In this document: in pieces, positions 55,561-64,000 of the stretch | Position numbering within the stretch: position 1 is the first letter of the stretch | Layout: each line of letters starts with the position of its first letter | Assembly: GCF_009914755.1 (NCBI RefSeq) | Contig: NC_060944.1 | Length of the DNA stretch: 64,000 nucleotides | DNA from: the human T2T-CHM13v2.0 reference genome, Homo sapiens | Direction: 5' to 3' (one strand) | The notes under the pieces: generated by a model | What the model was told of the DNA's origin: nothing | The model's input: the letters and a program-made list of their open reading frames with translations, nothing else | The model's database searches: none | Translations under genes and position numbers: made by a program

Positions 55561-56195
55561 GATGACCCCCCATTCCATCCTGACCTCAGCACTGCACCAT
55601 TATACTGCAAGCAATTCACGATTCAGCTGAATCACTAGATGATGAGGAGAGAAATTGCAAATATGATTTTGTTGGCTATGAGGCACAAAGGTCTCCTGGC
55701 AACAGGAACTCATTTATGTCACCGCAATCTCCCCATTTAATAACAGAGAGAACATCATTTTGCAGACATATCCTCAGCAGGCAATTTGCCCAGAAAATAG
55801 GGAGCAGATTTCTGGATCTAGGGGAAGGAATGGGAAAGAATCACTCTGCTGTGGAAGGTGAGAGTCTTAGGGAGCAGACCCAGAGCAGTGAGAGGCAGAG
55901 CACCTTCCAACACTCGGAAATTTCCTTGAACTAGTGTCTAAGGATGGAAGGCCAAGAAGGGCAGGTGAGGGCCTTGATCATTATTTATTTATTTTTTTAT
56001 TTCACACAAAGAGTTGCTCAGAAATAGGAAGTCCGGATGCCGCAGAGTTTAGAGGAACTTGGGCAGCATTTAAGTGAGAGGGTTGTAGGAGCCCTGATGG
56101 GAAGGGATCCTGGGCCTGTCTATGAACTGGTCTCCTTCAAGTCTCTCCTGCACAGTGAAGACATCTGCACATTTTTGCCATCAAATTCTAGAGAC

Positions 56196-56473
56196 TGAGT
56201 ACAGTGGTGTGATCAGGCTAGAGTGCAGTGGTGTTATCACAGCTCACTTGCAGCCTCAAACTCCTGGCTTCAAGCGGGCCTCTCCCCTCAGCCTCTGGAG
56301 TAACTGGGACTACAGGCATGCACCCCTATGCCTGGCTAATTTTTAATTTTTGTTATAGAGACAGAGTCTTTCTATGTTGCCCAGGCTGGTCTTGAACTCC
56401 TGGCCTAAAGTCATTCTTCTGAATTGGCCTCCCAAAGTTGTAGGAGTACAGGGGTGAACCATGGCACCTGGCC
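56196..56473 (-). mobile_element. AluJ (Jo-like), tail lost
   Basis: CAGCCTCAAACTCCTGG and TATGTTGCCCAGGCTGGTC AluJ diagnostics; its 3' end is replaced by a short duplication GAGT(A/G)CAGTGGTGT(G/T)ATCA. Confidence 0.88.
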
Positions 56474-56502
56474 TAAAGACTGGTTTTAAAAAAAGGACAT
56501 AT

Positions 56503-57532
56503 GGAGCCAAGATGGCCGAATAGGAACAGGTCCAGTCTACAGCTCCCAGCATGAGCGATGCAGAAGACGGGTGATTTCTGCATTTCCATCTGAGGTACCG
56601 GGTTCATCTCACTAGGGAGTGCAAGACAGCGGGCACAGGACAGTGGGTGCAGTGCACTGTGCGTGAGCCAAAGCAGGGTGAGGCATTGTGTCACTCAGGA
56701 AGTGCAAGGGGTCAGGGAGTTCCCTTTCCTAGTCAAAGAAAGGGGTGACAGACGGCACCTGGAAAATCGGGTCACTCCTACCCCAATACTGAGCTTTACT
56801 GATGGGCTTAAAAAACGGCACACCATGAGATTATATCCCGCACCTGGCTCGGAGGGTCCTTCGCCCATGGAGTTTCGCTGATTGCTAGCACAGCAGTCTG
56901 AGATCAAACTGCAAGGAGGCAGCAAGGCTGGGGAAGGGGCGCCCGCCATCGCCCAGGCTTGCTTAGGTAAACAAAGCAGCCAGGAAGCTTGAACTGGGTG
57001 GAGCCCACCAGAGCTCAAGGAGGCCTGCCTGCCTCTGTAGGCTCCACCTCTGGGGGCAGGGCACAGACAAACAAAAAGACAGCAGTAACCTCTGCAGACT
57101 TAAATGTCCCTGTCTGACAGCTTTGAAGAGAGCAGTGGTTCTCCCAGCACGCAGCTGGAGATCTGAGAAGGGGCAGACTGCCTCCTCAAGTGGGTCCCTG
57201 ACCCCTGACCCCCAAGCAGCCTAACTGGGAGGCACCCCCCAGTAGGGGCGGACTGACACCTCACATGGCCGGTTACTCCTCTGAGACAAAAATTCCAGAG
57301 GAATGATCAGACAGCAGCATTCGCGGATCACAAAAATGCGCTGGTCTGCAGCCACTGCTGCTGGTACCCAGGCAAACAGGGTCTGGAGTGGACCTCTAGC
57401 AAACTCCAACAGACCTGCAGCTGAGGGTCCTATCTGTTAGAAGGCAAACTAACGAACAGAAAGGACATCCACACCAAAAACCCATCTATACATCACCATC
57501 ATCAAAGACCTAAAGTAGATAAAACCACAAAG
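56503..57532 (+). promoter_or_regulatory. L1 5'UTR with internal sense promoter (YY1 site CAAGATGGCCG at 56508-56518) and antisense promoter region
   Basis: 1030-bp 5'UTR colinear with the L1PA consensus; many CpGs have decayed. Confidence 0.8.
56695..56949 (-). CDS. ORF0: L1 ORF0 homologue, open 84-aa frame
   Basis: MAGAPSPALLPPCSLISDCCASNQRNSMGEGPSEPG...VGVTRFSRC matches primate L1 ORF0. Expression is not shown. Confidence 0.55.
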   Translation of the reverse strand: MAGAPSPALLPPCSLISDCCASNQRNSMGEGPSEPGAGYNLMVCRFLSPSVKLSIGVGVTRFSRCRLSPLSLTRKGNSLTPCTS

Positions 57533-58549
57533 ATGGGGAAAAAACAGAGCAGAAAAACTGTAAACTCTAAAAAGCAGAGTGCCTCTCCTCCTCCAAAGGA
57601 ACGTAGTTTCTCACCAGCAAAAGAACAAAGCTGGATGGAGAATGACTTTGATGAGTTGAGAGAAGAAGGCTTCAGACGATCAAACTACTCTGAGCTACAG
57701 GAGGAAATTCAAACCAAAGGCAAAGAAGTTAAAAACTTTGAAAAAAATTTAGGTGAATGCATAACTAGAATAACCAATGCAGAGAAGGGCTTAAAGAAGC
57801 TGATGGAGCTGAAAGCCAAGGCTTGAGAACTACATGAAGAATGCAGAAGCCTCAGGAGCCAATGCGATCAACTGGAAGAAAGGGTATCAGTGATGGAAGA
57901 TGAAATGAATGAAATGAAACAAGAAGGGAAGTTTAGAGAAAAAAGAATAAAAGGAAACGAACAAAGCCTCCAAGAAATATGGGACTATGTGAAAAGACCA
58001 AATCTACGTCTGATTGGTGTACCTGAAAGTGACAGGGAGAATGGAACCAAGTTGGAAAACACTCTGCAGGATATTTTCCAGGAGAGCTTCCCCAATCTAG
58101 CAAGGCAGGCCAACATTCAGATTCCAGAAATACACAGAATGCCACAAAGATACTCCTCGAGAAGAGCAACTCCAAGACACATAATTGTCAGATTCACCAA
58201 AGTTGAAATGAAGGAAAACATGTTAAGGGCAGCCAGAGAGAAAGGTCAGATTACCCACAAAGGGAAGCCCATCAGACTAACAGCGGATCCCTCGGCAGAA
58301 ACTCTACAAGCCAGAAGAGAGTGGGGGCGAATATTCAACATTCTTAAAGAAAAGAATTTTCAACCCAGAATTTCATATCCAGCCAAACTAAGCTTCATAA
58401 GTGAAGGACAAATCAAATACTTTACAGATAAGCAAATGCTGAGAGATTTTATCACCACCAGGCCTGCCCTAAAAGAGCCCCTGAAGGAAGCACTAAACAT
58501 GGAAAGGAACAACTGGTAAAAGCCACTGCAAAATTATGCCAAATTGTAA
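57533..58549 (+). pseudogene. ORF1: L1 ORF1p (RNA-binding chaperone), disrupted
   Basis: MGKKQSRK... start; premature TGA at 57824-57826 (CGA>TGA) and TAA at 58517-58519; natural stop at 58547-58549. Confidence 0.95.
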
Positions 58550-58612
58550 AGACCATCGAGGGTAGGAAGAAACTGCATCAACTAACGAGCAAAATAACCA
58601 GCTAACATCATA

Positions 58613-62448
<3,836 letters not shown>

Positions 62449-62682
62449 ACAATGAGAATACATGGACACAGGAAGGGGAACATCACACTCTGGGGTCTGT
62501 TGTGGGGTGGAGGGAGGGGGGAGGGATAGCATTAGGAGATATAACTAATGCTAAATGAGGAGTTAATGGGTGCAGCACACCAGCATGGCAGATGTATATA
62601 TATGTAACTAACCTGCACATTGTGCACATGTACCCTAAAACTTAAAGTATAATAATAATAATAAAATAAAAAAAAGAAAAGA

Positions 62683-63078
62683 AAGAAAATGTGGCACATA
62701 TACACCATGGAATACTATGCAGCCATAAAAAATGATGGGTTCATGTCCTTTGTAGGGACATGGATGAAATTGGAAATCATCATTCTCAGTAAACTATGGC
62801 AAGGACAAAAAGCCAAACACCGCATAGTCTCACTCATAGGTGGGAATTGAACAATGAGAACACATGGACACAGGAAGGGGAACATCACACTCTGGGGACT
62901 GTTGTGGGGTGGGGGGAGGAGAGAGGGTTAGCATTACGAGGTATACCTAATGCTAAATGACGAGTTAATGGGTGCAGCACACCAGCATGGAACATGTATA
63001 CATATGTAACTAACCTGCACATTGTGCACATGTACCGTAAAACTTAAAGTATAATACAATAAAATTAAAAAAAAAAAG
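62683..63078 (+). mobile_element. Second copy of the L1PA 3' end (ORF2 tail plus 3'UTR plus polyA)
   Basis: Colinear with 62281-62682; about 21 mismatches over ~370 bp by manual count. Confidence 0.95.
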
Positions 63079-64000
63079 AAAAGGACATATGATGGACATG
63101 GGGTCATTATGCTCAAAGGTTCACATTGCAGGTGAGAGCTTTCTTTTCTAGGCAGAAATTTTCTACCATAGTCAGGTTTACCCTCTAACCCTTGAAGTAT
63201 GCCCTTCCCAAACCTCCCTCCTAGACTCCTAAGCACTGTCATTGCCAATCCTGTTTGTTTGCTTTTTTTTTTTTTTTCATTTCCACCACTGGCCTCTCTT
63301 CTTCAGTCTCCAGCTTCATTTCTGAGTGACATTCTGAGAAGTAGACTTGGGGGAATCCTTTCCATGCCTTTCTCTTTAACTGATCTCAGGCAAAATGTTT
63401 GTCCTGGATGTACAATACTTAAAAGAGTTGATTTAAAATTTCCTGAAAATAAGTTCATCTCAGCTTTTGTGTGAGAAAGGAAGTTCTATGTTGGCTGGTG
63501 ACCATTTCAAAGCTACCCTCAGTCTCACAATTAGTGTGCTTGGCAATGCTATTGGACATTGGAATGCAAATGTTCACATCCCACCTTGAGCTTGCAGGAT
63601 TTTGATGCATTTCCTTTTTGTTGGACAAAATAGTGAGTATTCCCTAAGAATTACTTCCAGTTGCAACCTGAACAAAGAGAAATGCATCTAAATATCCTGC
63701 TCCAAAGCCTTTGAACTTCACCAATGCATAACTCATGGGACACTTATCAGTTTGTATAAATGCTCACAGTATGGTGTTTCTTTGGATGGGAGTGTTTTCA
63801 GACTAAGATAACTTATCACCTCAAGTCAATACTATACAGAGGTTGTACTTGAGAAATTTGTTTTAAATTCATTATCATTAACATGCAAGGCAGCTGCAGG
63901 AAATTATACAACTTGCAAAGCATTTCAAAACATGTTCACATACTGATATCTGGGCTGTTTGATCCAGAAACAAAGGGAAATCATGATCTTTCTGGCTACA

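Overview
Primate (very likely human) nuclear DNA: AT-rich, CpG-poor and dominated by interspersed repeats. I found no recognisable host protein-coding exon, RNA gene or CpG island, so this looks intergenic or deep intronic; I cannot name the locus. The 1-12.7 kb stretch is a pile of old minus-strand L1s with nested Alus and a Tigger4a. It is followed by MIR/L2/MaLR/hAT relics, a 5'-truncated L1PB1 (21.3-24.3 kb), an apparently repeat-free island (about 24.3-28.5 kb), an internally deleted L1MA-type element (42.7-47.5 kb) and a full-length but dead L1PA3-like element (56.5-62.7 kb). All long ORFs in the track are L1 ORF1/ORF2/ORF0 pieces; the short ones are chance or Alu-derived. The most unusual signals are DNA-level structures: (1) a ~300-bp patchwork at 52.65-52.95 kb built from direct and inverted copies of three nearby donor sites plus a perfect 30-bp palindrome, consistent with a templated-insertion repair scar; (2) a smaller snap-back scar inside L1 ORF1 at 43.85-43.95 kb; (3) a ~400-bp duplication of the L1PA3 3' end inside one target-site duplication (TSD); (4) an almost spacer-less tail-to-tail inverted Alu pair at 31.9-32.5 kb. 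I see no evidence for a new multi-gene system. Subfamily names come from remembered consensus sequences and need RepeatMasker/Dfam confirmation; boundaries of old repeats are approximate.
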